64,000 nt of DNA, from NCBI GenBank assembly GCA_943357985.1, contig CALRGR010000001.1, positions 14,731 to 78,730 of the forward strand, written 5' to 3'. A program made the translations under genes and the position numbers. The stretch comes from Candidatus Levybacteria bacterium GW2011_GWA1_37_16 (GTDB taxonomy: Bacteria > Patescibacteriota > Microgenomatia > Levybacterales > UBA12049). Shown here piece by piece: positions 1-10,547 of the stretch. The notes beneath the pieces are model-generated. The model saw nothing but the letters and a program-made list of their open reading frames with translations, had not been told where the DNA came from and did no database searches. Position 1 is the stretch's first letter, and each line of letters starts with the position of its first letter.

Positions 1-183
1 GTGAATTATATTTTTCTTTGCGGCTTTATCAACAATGCTCACAGCTTCTCTGAAGTTTTTTTCATCTATCTTCTTAGAAGCATTTTTGATGGCTTTTTTT
101 AGAAGTTCTTTAAGCTTTTTGTTTGCTATAGTTCTCTTTTTATCCTGTCTTAATTTTTTCTTGGCTGATTTTATTACTGGCAT
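1..183 (-). CDS. rpsT: 30S ribosomal protein S20, partial (C-terminus runs off the window edge)
   Basis: Reverse-complement translation from the ATG at 183 gives MPVIKSAKKKLRQDKKRTIANKKLKELLKKAIKNASKKIDEKNFREAVSIVDKAAKKNIIH. This has the S20 signature (MPxIKSAKKr..., lysine-rich). The supplied ORF track does not list it, because it is cut by the window edge. Confidence 0.7.
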   Translation of the reverse strand, partial: MPVIKSAKKKLRQDKKRTIANKKLKELLKKAIKNASKKIDEKNFREAVSIVDKAAKKNIIH

Positions 184-197
184 GTGGAGATTTTACC

Positions 198-1919
198 ATG
201 ATATACTGTAAATCACAAGCCTGCCTGCCGGCAGGTATTATTATGCCTACTGATTTTTTCAAAAAAGGTTTTAATCTTCTTCTTGCCCGCCAAACTAATA
301 TTATTTCCGCAGCATTTGTAATCATGATAACTGTCATTTTGTCTCAGGCATTAGGTCTTGTTAGGCAAAGATTGCTTGCTTCCATATTTGGGGCATCAGA
401 TATTTTGGGAGTATACCTTGCATCATCCCGGCTTCCGGATTTTTTATTTCAGCTTGTTATTGCAGGCGCTTTATCATCTGCTTTCATCCCTATTTTTTCG
501 GGATACTTGGCAAAGAATAAAAGGGAAGAGGCAAATAGGCTTGGCTCAACACTTCTTGTTTTTAGCCTTCTAATTTTTTCAATTCTGGCAGTTATACTTT
601 TTATATTCGCTGAATACTTTTCAAACCTTATGGCTCCCGGATTTTCCCATGACCAGGTTATTTTAATGGGAAATTTAACAAGAATAATAATTTTTGGAGA
701 AATTTTATTTATGATTGGAAGTTTCTTGTCAGCAGTGCTCCAGTCTAATAATCATTTTTTTGTTGCAGGTATTGCAGCCGCTTTATATAATCTTGGAATA
801 ATTATTGGGATATTTGTACTTTCTCCAATCCTTGGAATATATTCTGCTGCTTATGGTGTGGTATTAGGAGCTCTCATATTTGTCTGCGCACAAATTCCAG
901 GAGTCTTAAAAGTTGGTTTTTCCTTTAAGCCGTCTTTAAATTTTAGAGAAAGCGGCATGAAAGAAGTTATACAGCTTATGTGGCCAAGAACAATTGGGAT
1001 AGCTATATTCCAGCTTGGAGCGCTTCTTACCGTGACTCTTGTTTCATTACTTCCGGATCCAGGTAGAAGTTATGTAATTTTTGATTATGCACAGATTTTA
1101 TCTTTTGCTCCAATTGTTCTTTTTGGTCAGTCAATAGCGCAAGCGGCTTTTCCGGTTTTATCCAAAGAGAAAGATCAACTTTCAGAATTTAAAACTGTTT
1201 TTACGAACAGCTTTAACCAGATACTTTACCTGATGCTTCCAATCTCCGCACTTTTTCTGGTTCTTAGGATTCCAATTGTCAGACTTATTTTTGGAGCAGG
1301 GGCTTTTGATTGGCAGGCAACAGTTTTAACAGGAAGAACGTTAGCTTTTTTTAGCATATCACTTTTTGCACAGGCTCTTGTGTATCTTGTGTCACGCGGG
1401 TTTTATGCAATGCATGATGCAAAAACGCCCCTTTATGTTGGTGTTTTTAGTACAGCATTAATGCTTTCTCTTGGATTTTTATTAATTTCTTTTTATCACT
1501 TTGGAGTTGAGGGAATTGCTTTCGCTTTTTCAATTGGAAACATTATTAACTTTCTTCTTCTTTTTATATTTCTTGATAAGAAAGTTAATTTTGACAAAAT
1601 TTCCATGAGTATTTCTATTACTAAAATATTTGTAGCAACTTTTTTTACAGGATTTGCTCTTTATATTCCAATAAAACTTTTAGATCAATTGGTTTTTGAT
1701 ACAACCAGAACTGTAAATCTTCTAATATTAACCGGGATTGCAAGCTTTGCCGGACTTAGTCTTTATCTTTTTTTAACATGGATTTTGAATGTTGAGGAGG
1801 CAAAAACTTTTCTTTATGTGTTTAGAAAAATCGGAAACCTGTCTCGCGGCAAGGCGGGCTGGAAAGAAATTCTGGGAAAAAGTGAAGAAGTCATCGGTCC
1901 TCCAAGAACCAACCCCTAA
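198..1919 (+). CDS. murJ: Lipid II flippase MurJ/MviN. The probable true start is the ATG at 243 (MPTDFF...).
   Basis: 573-aa polytopic membrane protein. The N-terminal block LARQ..ISAAFVIMITVILSQALGLVRQRLLASIFGASDILGVYLASSRLPDFLFQLVIAGALSSAFIPIFSGYL matches the conserved MurJ N-lobe. Confidence 0.85.
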   Translation: MIYCKSQACLPAGIIMPTDFFKKGFNLLLARQTNIISAAFVIMITVILSQALGLVRQRLLASIFGASDILGVYLASSRLPDFLFQLVIAGALSSAFIPIFSGYLAKNKREEANRLGSTLLVFSLLIFSILAVILFIFAEYFSNLMAPGFSHDQVILMGNLTRIIIFGEILFMIGSFLSAVLQSNNHFFVAGIAAALYNLGIIIGIFVLSPILGIYSAAYGVVLGALIFVCAQIPGVLKVGFSFKPSLNFRESGMKEVIQLMWPRTIGIAIFQLGALLTVTLVSLLPDPGRSYVIFDYAQILSFAPIVLFGQSIAQAAFPVLSKEKDQLSEFKTVFTNSFNQILYLMLPISALFLVLRIPIVRLIFGAGAFDWQATVLTGRTLAFFSISLFAQALVYLVSRGFYAMHDAKTPLYVGVFSTALMLSLGFLLISFYHFGVEGIAFAFSIGNIINFLLLFIFLDKKVNFDKISMSISITKIFVATFFTGFALYIPIKLLDQLVFDTTRTVNLLILTGIASFAGLSLYLFLTWILNVEEAKTFLYVFRKIGNLSRGKAGWKEILGKSEEVIGPPRTNP

Positions 1920-1935
1920 ATGTTATAATCTCCCA

Positions 1936-3699
1936 ATGAATCAATCTCAAATTAGGAATTTTTGTATTATTGCGCATGTTGACCACGGTAAATCCACGCT
2001 TGCGGATAGACTTTTGGATATTACGGGAACTGTTTCAAAGCAGAAGATGCAGGAGCAGTATCTAGATAGTAATCCAATCGAAAGAGAACGCGGAATAACT
2101 ATAAAACTTGCTCCAGTGCGTATGAACTATTCGCTCGGCGGAGAGGATTACGAACTGAATTTGATAGATACTCCAGGGCATGTAGATTTCTCTTATGAAG
2201 TTGTTAGAACTCTTTATGCTTGCGAAGGAGCGGTTTTACTTGTCGATGCGACCAAGGGAATTCAGGCTCAGACTGTTGCCAATTACAATTTTGCAAAGAA
2301 CCAGGGGCTTACTGTAATTGCCGCAATAAATAAGATTGATTTGGAGTCTGCCAGAATTGATGAGGTAGAGAAAGAACTCCTAGATACCTTTGGTTTTTCA
2401 AAAGAAGAAGTTCTCTTGGTGTCCGCAAAAACCGGAGATGGAGCCGAGGATATATTAAAAGCAGTTGTTGAGAAAATTCCCACTCCTTCAGGTTCATCTC
2501 AGTTTCCAACACAGGCCTATATCTTTGACTCTATTTATGATGAGCATAGAGGAATTGTAATATTTGTAAGAATTAAAAACGGAAGTATAAAAAAGGGAGA
2601 TGAAATAATTTTTCTTTCGGACAATACCTCCGCACTTGTTTTAGATGTTGGTTTTATGAAGCCACAGTTTGAAGTTTGTGGGGAATTACTAAATGGGGAG
2701 GTTGGGTACATAATTACAAATATTAAAGATATTGAGCAAGCAAAAGTAGGAGATACAATTACGACTACTAAAAATAGAGGCGCCGCGCTTCCGGGATTCT
2801 TAAGTCTTAAGCCTTTTGTATATTTATCTATTTATCCAACCTCAAATTCCGAGTATCAAAGTCTTAGGAAAGCGATTTATAAACTCAAACTTAATGATGC
2901 TTCACTTGTTACTGCACCTGAGCAATCAATAATTTTTGGCCCTGGTTTTAGATGTGGATTTTTAGGTCTCTTACATTCTCAAGTTGTAATAGAAAGGTTA
3001 GAAAAAGAAAGCGGAGTTGATGTATTTACAGCACCTCCAACAATTGAATATCTTGTTGATGGTAAATCTGTAACAAGTCCTAAAGATTTTAGAAATGATG
3101 CTCTTGAAACAAAAGAGCCCTATATAATAGGTGAGATTTATACACCGGTTCAATATGTTGGGGGACTTCTTGAAATTATAAATGCGAGGCGTGGAAGACA
3201 AAAAGATGTTTTCTACTTTGGTTCTCAGGCAAAGCTTATTTTTGAAATTCCACTTGCTTCTGTTGTTTATGATTTTTATGACAAACTAAAATCCGCTTCC
3301 AGCGGCTTTGCATCTTTTGATTATGAAATATCAGAATATAGAGTGTCGGATCTTGTCCGTGTGGATATCTCTGTAAATGAAGATATAATTCCTGAACTTT
3401 CTTTTATAGTTCACAAGAGCGAGATGGAAAGTTTTTCAAGAAGAATTGTAGAAGTTTTATGCGAGGCAATTCCAAAACATCAATTTGTTATTTCTGTTAG
3501 GGCACAGCAGGGAGCAAAAATTATTGCAAGCGATAAGATAGGAACACTTAGAAAGAATGTTCTATCTAAGATGTCCGGTGGAGATAGAACAAGGAAAGAT
3601 AAATTATTAGATAAGCAGAAAGAGGGAAAAAAGAAAATGAAACAGATTGGAAAAATTTCAATTCCTAAAGAGGCATTTTTATCCGTCCTCAAAGTTTAG
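1936..3699 (+). CDS. lepA: Elongation factor 4 (LepA)
   Basis: NFCIIAHVDHGKSTLADRLL G1 motif, a DTPGHVDF motif, and the LepA-specific C-terminus ...KQKEGKKKMKQIGKISIPKEAFLSVLKV. The start is taken at ATG 1936 (MNQSQIRNF); the ORF-track start at 1789 overlaps murJ. Confidence 0.9.
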   Translation: MNQSQIRNFCIIAHVDHGKSTLADRLLDITGTVSKQKMQEQYLDSNPIERERGITIKLAPVRMNYSLGGEDYELNLIDTPGHVDFSYEVVRTLYACEGAVLLVDATKGIQAQTVANYNFAKNQGLTVIAAINKIDLESARIDEVEKELLDTFGFSKEEVLLVSAKTGDGAEDILKAVVEKIPTPSGSSQFPTQAYIFDSIYDEHRGIVIFVRIKNGSIKKGDEIIFLSDNTSALVLDVGFMKPQFEVCGELLNGEVGYIITNIKDIEQAKVGDTITTTKNRGAALPGFLSLKPFVYLSIYPTSNSEYQSLRKAIYKLKLNDASLVTAPEQSIIFGPGFRCGFLGLLHSQVVIERLEKESGVDVFTAPPTIEYLVDGKSVTSPKDFRNDALETKEPYIIGEIYTPVQYVGGLLEIINARRGRQKDVFYFGSQAKLIFEIPLASVVYDFYDKLKSASSGFASFDYEISEYRVSDLVRVDISVNEDIIPELSFIVHKSEMESFSRRIVEVLCEAIPKHQFVISVRAQQGAKIIASDKIGTLRKNVLSKMSGGDRTRKDKLLDKQKEGKKKMKQIGKISIPKEAFLSVLKV

Positions 3700-4832
3700 A
3701 AAGCAAGAAGAAGCGCGCCTAATATAGAAAGCATTATTCCCATGGCTCCAATTCCTACAATTTTATCTCCTGGACCTACCACTAGGGGGGGCGGGGGGGT
3801 AACTGTAAGGATAGGCGTAGTTTCTGCCACAGTTGGTGCCACTGTTGGTATTGCTGTTGGGGCTACAACTACACCGCCAGAGCCACCCGTTGATCCTGCG
3901 CTTGTTCCTCCTGCGCTTGTTCCTCCTGTTACCGTTATGGTCGTTGTACACGTTGTAGTGGCGCTTGTTGAATTTTGATTATCGGTTAGTACTGCCGAGG
4001 CAGTGTATGTTCCTGCATTTTGATATGTATGAGAGATTTGCGCATTAACCTTATTTGTGCCAATTCCTCCTGCCTGTGTGACATCCCCTATTTTTCCATT
4101 TCCAAAAGCAAAGCTTACTTTAGTTATTGTTCCATCATCATCTTTCCCCGTTGCCGTAAGAGTTAATGAATAAGGAGCGGCGCCAGTTGCGCTTCTGTCA
4201 AGGACAAGGCCACTACAAATAGGATCCTTATTTGTAGATGTTGTAGCGGAACTTCCGCCTTTGATAGTAACTGTTGCAGGAGTTGGTTGGCCTGGAACAA
4301 GTACATCTTCATTTGCCTGGTCCTTTGCTCCTACGGATAATACTTGCGTCTGTGTCCTGACGACTTCGATAGATGTTGTTGCACCATTCGTTCCGGCGAT
4401 TGCCTTTAAATTAATAGTGGCAATTTTTGTTGATGCTGAAATAATTTTTGTCAGATCTGAGCCAACAGATAAGGTTATGGATACATTTCCGGTGGTGTAG
4501 GTTGGCCCTTGAAGTGCAGTATCGCCGAAAGCTACTTTGTTCCAGGTAAAACCGTTACTTTGGTCTATGCTGAATTTTGTCTCATCATATTTAACAGTTA
4601 ATTTCACAAAGGAAACTTGATTTGTTCCCGGATCCATCGTCACATCGACTTTCACTATATCTCCAATACTTGCGGGTTGGGTTTGAGGCGTAAGAATAAG
4701 AGTTGTGGCCGGCGCTGCCTGGCTGGTTACTTGCTGGCTTTTTTGAGTCAGAAACACGGTTAAAGGAATTGCAAAAAGAAGAACAATAATAAAACCTAGG
4801 AGGAAGATTTTTTTACCTGAAAATAATGACAT
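3696..4832 (-). CDS. Cell-surface protein with an N-terminal signal/TM anchor, a cohesin-like beta-sandwich region, a PKD domain, Gly/Thr-rich linkers and a C-terminal hydrophobic segment
   Basis: Probable start MSLFSGKKIFLLGFIIVLLFAIPLTVF at 4832; the ORF track extends to 4892. It has a PKD-like block (FAFGNGK...HTYQNAGTYTASAVLTD) and a cohesin-like block (DIVKVDVTMD...VSFVKLTVKYDETKFSI). The C-terminus reads PPPPLVVGPGDKIVGIGAMGIMLSILGALLLAF. The gene contains the G7CG7 tract and a 15-bp tandem duplication. Confidence 0.6.
   Translation of the reverse strand: MSLFSGKKIFLLGFIIVLLFAIPLTVFLTQKSQQVTSQAAPATTLILTPQTQPASIGDIVKVDVTMDPGTNQVSFVKLTVKYDETKFSIDQSNGFTWNKVAFGDTALQGPTYTTGNVSITLSVGSDLTKIISASTKIATINLKAIAGTNGATTSIEVVRTQTQVLSVGAKDQANEDVLVPGQPTPATVTIKGGSSATTSTNKDPICSGLVLDRSATGAAPYSLTLTATGKDDDGTITKVSFAFGNGKIGDVTQAGGIGTNKVNAQISHTYQNAGTYTASAVLTDNQNSTSATTTCTTTITVTGGTSAGGTSAGSTGGSGGVVVAPTAIPTVAPTVAETTPILTVTPPPPLVVGPGDKIVGIGAMGIMLSILGALLLAF
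3785..3799. repeat. Homopolymeric tract GGGGGGGCGGGGGGG (C7GC7 on the coding strand, encoding PPPP) inside the surface-protein gene
   Basis: Read directly from the sequence. These are by far the longest G/C runs in an AT-rich window. Confidence 0.9.
3896..3925. repeat. Perfect 15-bp tandem duplication (cctgcgcttgttcct x2) encoding GGTSAGGTSAG in the surface protein
   Basis: Read directly from the sequence. Confidence 0.85.
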
Positions 4833-4917
4833 ATTTGCGATACAAAAACGCCTAGATTTATCGTATATAAGAAAGAGGTGGGTGTCAAGCAACTTCCTGC
4901 CTTGTCGGCAAGGCGGG

Positions 4918-4947
4918 TTGACATTAAAGAAGCATTCTTGTTATACT
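4918..4947 (+). promoter_or_regulatory. Putative sigma70-type promoter for groES-groEL (TTGACA, 18 nt spacer, TATACT). The GC-rich palindrome cctgccttgtcggcaaggcggg lies immediately upstream at 4897-4918.
   Basis: Consensus hexamers read from the sequence. No CIRCE element is present here. Confidence 0.45.
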
Positions 4948-4968
4948 CTGTCAACTGATTTTTAAGCT

Positions 4969-6908
<1,940 letters not shown>

Positions 6909-6939
6909 AATCTTTTAGGTCTTCTGATATAATCGTTTT

Positions 6940-7266
6940 ATGCCGACAGTAAATATCTATTTTGAAGAAAATCCTGAGTTATAATCGTTAACCCCAGACC
7001 TTAAACAATTTATTGCTGAAAAGCTTACTTGTGGAGATATTAAATTAACCCCTGAGGAAATAAGCGTTAGATTTATTAGAATCGATGGGGGACAAATGAT
7101 CGGAGACATCGAACTTGAGATTTCGGCACATGCCTTTGAAGAAAGAGTAAAGAAGCAGGATGAGATTTGTCTGGAGGTCATGAATTATCTAAAAAATAAA
7201 AAACCAAGCCTTGGTAATGTAAAAGTTTGGTTGAAATTATCTGAATTGGGACACAGCTGGGAATAG
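6940..7266 (+). pseudogene. Tautomerase-superfamily (4-OT/PptA/DUF1904-like, Pro1) gene interrupted by one in-frame TAA at 6982-6984
   Basis: A single frame reads MPTVNIYFEENPEL*SLTPDLKQFIAEKLTCGDIKLTPEEISVRFIRIDGGQMIGDIELEISAHAFEERVKKQDEICLEVMNYLKNKKPSLGNVKVWLKLSELGHSWE*. The MPxVxIxF start and the roughly 107-codon length resemble PptA/4-OT-like tautomerases. It is absent from the ORF track because each piece is under 60 aa. Confidence 0.5.
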
Positions 7267-7340
7267 ACTAGATTGTCCCGTTAGCCTCTTTGTGTTATAT
7301 TATTCTGACTCCTGTCTGCCGCGCGGGCAGGGCTTTTTCT

Positions 7341-8180
7341 ATGAAAAGATTTCTCATGTGGGTTGTTCCTCTTCTTATAGCAATCCCTGTTTTTATAGGA
7401 ACGGTTGTAATTTTGGCTCAAAAAACAGGAAAAGGTGCGCTTCAAGTTACATCTATTCCTGGTAGTCAAGTCTATCTTGACGGAAAATTAATTGGAAAAA
7501 CTCCGCTTTGCAAATGTGAGACCGCGGACATGATTCCTGTTGGAGACTATGCTGTAAGACTTGTTCCGTCAAGTGGAAATTTTCTGCCCTTTGAGGAAAA
7601 AATTACAATTTACAAATCAGTTCTCACGGTTTTAGATAGAACTTTTGGAAACGGCGCGTCATCTGAGGGAGTAGTTATAACCCTTACCCCAATTTCGGAT
7701 AAAAATGCTTCCCAATTTTTTTCAATTTCTTTTCCGGATAAGGCACAGGTTTTTCTTGACGGAAGTCCTGTTGGAAAAACAGCACTTCTTTTACCAAACA
7801 TTAGTCCATCGGATCATGAAGTAACCTTTAAAAAGGAAGGATACAAAGATAAAATAATTAGATTGAGAGCTGTTAAGGGATACAAGCTTAGCTCAATTGT
7901 CTTCTTGGGAATTTCGGACGCTATAGCAAGTCCCTCAGCAGTTGCTTCTTCATCTGCTGTGCCTGTAGTCGCAAAAATATTGATTCTTGCAACTCCAACA
8001 GGTTTTTTAAATGTTAGAGCATCCTCTTCTTTGTCAAGTGCAATTGTTGATAAAGTAAATCCCGGGGAGAGTTTCGAACTTGTTTCAGAAGTAAGCGGAT
8101 GGTATGAGATAAAGCTTGAGTCCCCAGCTGACGGAGTGAAAACAGGATGGATTAGTTCTTCATACGCCTCAAAGCAGTAG
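7341..8180 (+). CDS. Membrane-anchored protein with two PEGA domains and a C-terminal bacterial SH3 (SH3b) domain
   Basis: N-terminal TM (MKRFLMWVVPLLIAIPVFIGTVVILA). PEGA-like repeats (VTSIPGSQVYLDGKLIGKTPL and AQVFLDGSPVGKTALLL...HEVTFKKEGYKD). SH3b-like C-terminus (GFLNVRASSS...GWYEIKLESPADGVKTGWISSSY). The ORF track starts at 7290. Confidence 0.6.
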   Translation: MKRFLMWVVPLLIAIPVFIGTVVILAQKTGKGALQVTSIPGSQVYLDGKLIGKTPLCKCETADMIPVGDYAVRLVPSSGNFLPFEEKITIYKSVLTVLDRTFGNGASSEGVVITLTPISDKNASQFFSISFPDKAQVFLDGSPVGKTALLLPNISPSDHEVTFKKEGYKDKIIRLRAVKGYKLSSIVFLGISDAIASPSAVASSSAVPVVAKILILATPTGFLNVRASSSLSSAIVDKVNPGESFELVSEVSGWYEIKLESPADGVKTGWISSSYASKQ

Positions 8181-8197
8181 CTTGTCTGTCGGCAGGA

Positions 8198-9193
8198 TTA
8201 AGGACCAACAATATAAACGATTACTAGAACCATTATGATCCAGAGTATAACGGTTGAAAGAAGTGCCTTGTCTGAAAGTAGAACCTTCTCTGGGCTTTCT
8301 CCTTCATGTTTCTCATAAATGTCTTGAAGGTAGCGCATAAGTCCATAAACAACAGGGATGATTGTTATCATAAGCCACTTTCTTTGGAAAAACGCCGGCA
8401 AAAAATCAGGAAGAATAATATTTATTCCAGGCTTAAATCCTTGAGGATTTTCAAGGAAAGTAAAAAGAGAATAAGAAATAAAAATTGATGTTGCAAAGAT
8501 AGATGCATATACATCAAGAAGCCTTTCGGAATAATGGGAAAGAGTTTTTCTAATAGCCGCTATATTTGTTTCTTTGTTTTGAGAAATAAGAGTAAGCTCA
8601 CTTCGTCTTTTTCCAATTGCCAGGAAAAGTGCTAAGGAAATTGCTGTTAAAAGAAGCCAGACGGAAATATGAGATTCACCTGCTAATTCCCCTGCATAAA
8701 CTCTTATTATGTATCCTGAGGCAATTGCCAAAATATCTATAATGGTGATGCCTTTAAAAAACATTGAGTAAAAAAGTTGAATTGCAAAATATGCAACGGC
8801 TACTACAAAAAATGAAGGAGTAATGTAGAGAGAAAAATAGATAGAAGAAATCATTAGAGCTATAGCAATGGAAATGGCTACGGGTGTTGAAATATCTCCA
8901 TGTGCCAGCGGACGGAATTTTTTAAAAGGATGTAATTTATCTTTTTCAATATCGAAAACGTCATTAATAATGTAAGACGCAGAAGATAGTCCACAGAAAA
9001 TCAAGAAACCTGCTGTTACGCGTCCTAAAATATCTAAATCAAATAATTGTCCGGAAAATGTAATCGCCGCAAAAATGGCAATATTTTTAATCCATTGCCG
9101 GGGTCTCAAAAGTCTTATTATATTTAGCTCAAGCCTGTTTGTTGTCATTATGTCTATTAATTGTAATATGTAAAAAGAGAAGTCCTCCGCCAA
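8198..9193 (-). CDS. UbiA-family prenyl/phosphoribosyl transferase (decaprenyl-phosphate 5-phosphoribosyltransferase-like)
   Basis: Polytopic membrane protein with LRPRQWIKN and the NDxxDxxxD motif (IINDVFDIEKDKLHP), which is characteristic of the Rv3806c/DPPR-synthase branch of the UbiA superfamily. Confidence 0.7.
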   Translation of the reverse strand: MAEDFSFYILQLIDIMTTNRLELNIIRLLRPRQWIKNIAIFAAITFSGQLFDLDILGRVTAGFLIFCGLSSASYIINDVFDIEKDKLHPFKKFRPLAHGDISTPVAISIAIALMISSIYFSLYITPSFFVVAVAYFAIQLFYSMFFKGITIIDILAIASGYIIRVYAGELAGESHISVWLLLTAISLALFLAIGKRRSELTLISQNKETNIAAIRKTLSHYSERLLDVYASIFATSIFISYSLFTFLENPQGFKPGINIILPDFLPAFFQRKWLMITIIPVVYGLMRYLQDIYEKHEGESPEKVLLSDKALLSTVILWIIMVLVIVYIVGP

Positions 9194-10193
9194 CTATGAT
9201 GCCTACCATGATAAGCGCAAATAACTTTCCACGACTCTCAAGCAGTAATGAAAGTGAGCCCAATATAGCAGAAATCATCCAGTAAAACAATGCAACATGT
9301 GGTTGCCTAAATCCAATATCTAAAAGTAAGTGATGTAAGTGTTTTTTATCATGCCAGAAAGGAGAACGGCCGGTTAAGATTCGTCTTGAAATTGTAAACA
9401 TACCATCAATCATGGGAACTCCCATAACAAGTATTGCTGTGGCAAGTTTTGCGCTTGAAAGCATAGATACTGCTGCAAGAAGAAGATAAATTGCCGTTGC
9501 TCCGTACCCCGGGAAAATTCTGGCAGGATAGAAGTTAAAAATAAGAAACCCAAGTGATGAACCTGCAATTATAAAAGAGAGTTTTGCTGAAAGAATAGAT
9601 AAATCATCAAAGCCAAACCTAAGACTCAAAAGCCCAATTACAATTGCAGATATTGCAACGACTCCCGGCATTTGTCCATCTACACCTTTACTCCAATTAA
9701 GTATATTCATAACCCAGACAATCCATATAACCGCGATAACTTGTGATAATAGAATATTAAAAGGCAGAATGACACTATTTAAATACACAATTCCTCCAAG
9801 CGGATTTGTTATAAACGGAATGCTTATTCCGCTTGCAACAACAATAATTGCACACAGAATGTTTATTGGTAGGCGAATGTATGGGGATAGATCAAATTTA
9901 TCATCCAGTACTCCTATTAGTAGTGCTATAAATCCCGCAAGAAGAAGCGCCATAACGGTGTTGGTCATTGGTAAAAGAAATATGCTTGCTATTAAAACTC
10001 CCGCAAAAAGCGGAATTCCTCCCCCTCTTGGTATTGGTTTTTTATGAATTATTGCCGGATGTTTATGTTTTGTCGGATCATCTATTATGCCAAATTTTTT
10101 AATAAGTATTAAAGAAAGGGGGGTTGCAATTACTACTGCCAAAAATGAAAGAACCAATGGAAGAAAAATTATACTGCTATTAGAATAAATCAT
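9129..10193 (-). CDS. Polyprenyl-phosphate N-acetylhexosamine-1-phosphate transferase (GT4 family, MraY/WecA-like)
   Basis: 10-TM-like protein with a DDxxD motif (VLDDKFDLS), an NxxNxxxGxDG motif (NILNWSKGVDGQ) and an His-rich HDKKHLHH motif. It is assigned to the MraY/WecA/TagO family; MraY versus WecA cannot be decided from the sequence alone. Confidence 0.65.
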   Translation of the reverse strand: MIYSNSSIIFLPLVLSFLAVVIATPLSLILIKKFGIIDDPTKHKHPAIIHKKPIPRGGGIPLFAGVLIASIFLLPMTNTVMALLLAGFIALLIGVLDDKFDLSPYIRLPINILCAIIVVASGISIPFITNPLGGIVYLNSVILPFNILLSQVIAVIWIVWVMNILNWSKGVDGQMPGVVAISAIVIGLLSLRFGFDDLSILSAKLSFIIAGSSLGFLIFNFYPARIFPGYGATAIYLLLAAVSMLSSAKLATAILVMGVPMIDGMFTISRRILTGRSPFWHDKKHLHHLLLDIGFRQPHVALFYWMISAILGSLSLLLESRGKLFALIMVGIIVGGGLLFLHITINRHNDNKQA

Positions 10194-10547
10194 TTAAATT
10201 ACCAAACTTATAATAACAAAACTAAAAATTAGTATTAAAAAAGTTGCAAGCAAACTTGTAACAGCAAGAATACGAGAAAGAAGAGGACTTTTGTCATACA
10301 TATATGAAGATAGAGTTATGTTGCTTGCCATTATAAGAATAGTTATTGCAGGAGGAATAAATATAAAAATTTTGGATCCAATTCTGTTATCTCCCCAAGG
10401 AAGTTGGTTGAAGATGGGAATGAAGGGAGGAAGACTAAAAAAACGTAAAACTATGTAAAGAAGTGTTATTCCTATCATAAAGCACGATGCTAAAAAAGCT
10501 CTACTAATGATATTATCCGTTCTTGCCGGTTTAAAAAACTCTCTCAT
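10194..10547 (-). CDS. Small hypothetical polytopic membrane protein
   Basis: 117-aa ORF with three hydrophobic helices, packed with no gaps between two glycosyltransferase genes on the same strand. Confidence 0.4.
   Translation of the reverse strand: MREFFKPARTDNIISRAFLASCFMIGITLLYIVLRFFSLPPFIPIFNQLPWGDNRIGSKIFIFIPPAITILIMASNITLSSYMYDKSPLLSRILAVTSLLATFLILIFSFVIISLVI

Noticed and set aside
140-573. ORFs at 140-337 (minus) and 358-573 (plus)
   Set aside because: They overlap rpsT and murJ out of frame. The real genes explain this region.
3742-3978. A plus-strand 78-aa ORF (MAPIPTILSPGPTTRGGGG...) inside the surface-protein gene
   Set aside because: It is antisense to a longer ORF with domain content. 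Its Gly/Pro/Val composition is an artefact of the G-rich tract.
4893-4968. A CIRCE operator upstream of groES
   Set aside because: No TTAGCA...TGCTAA inverted repeat is present. Only a promoter and a GC palindrome are seen.
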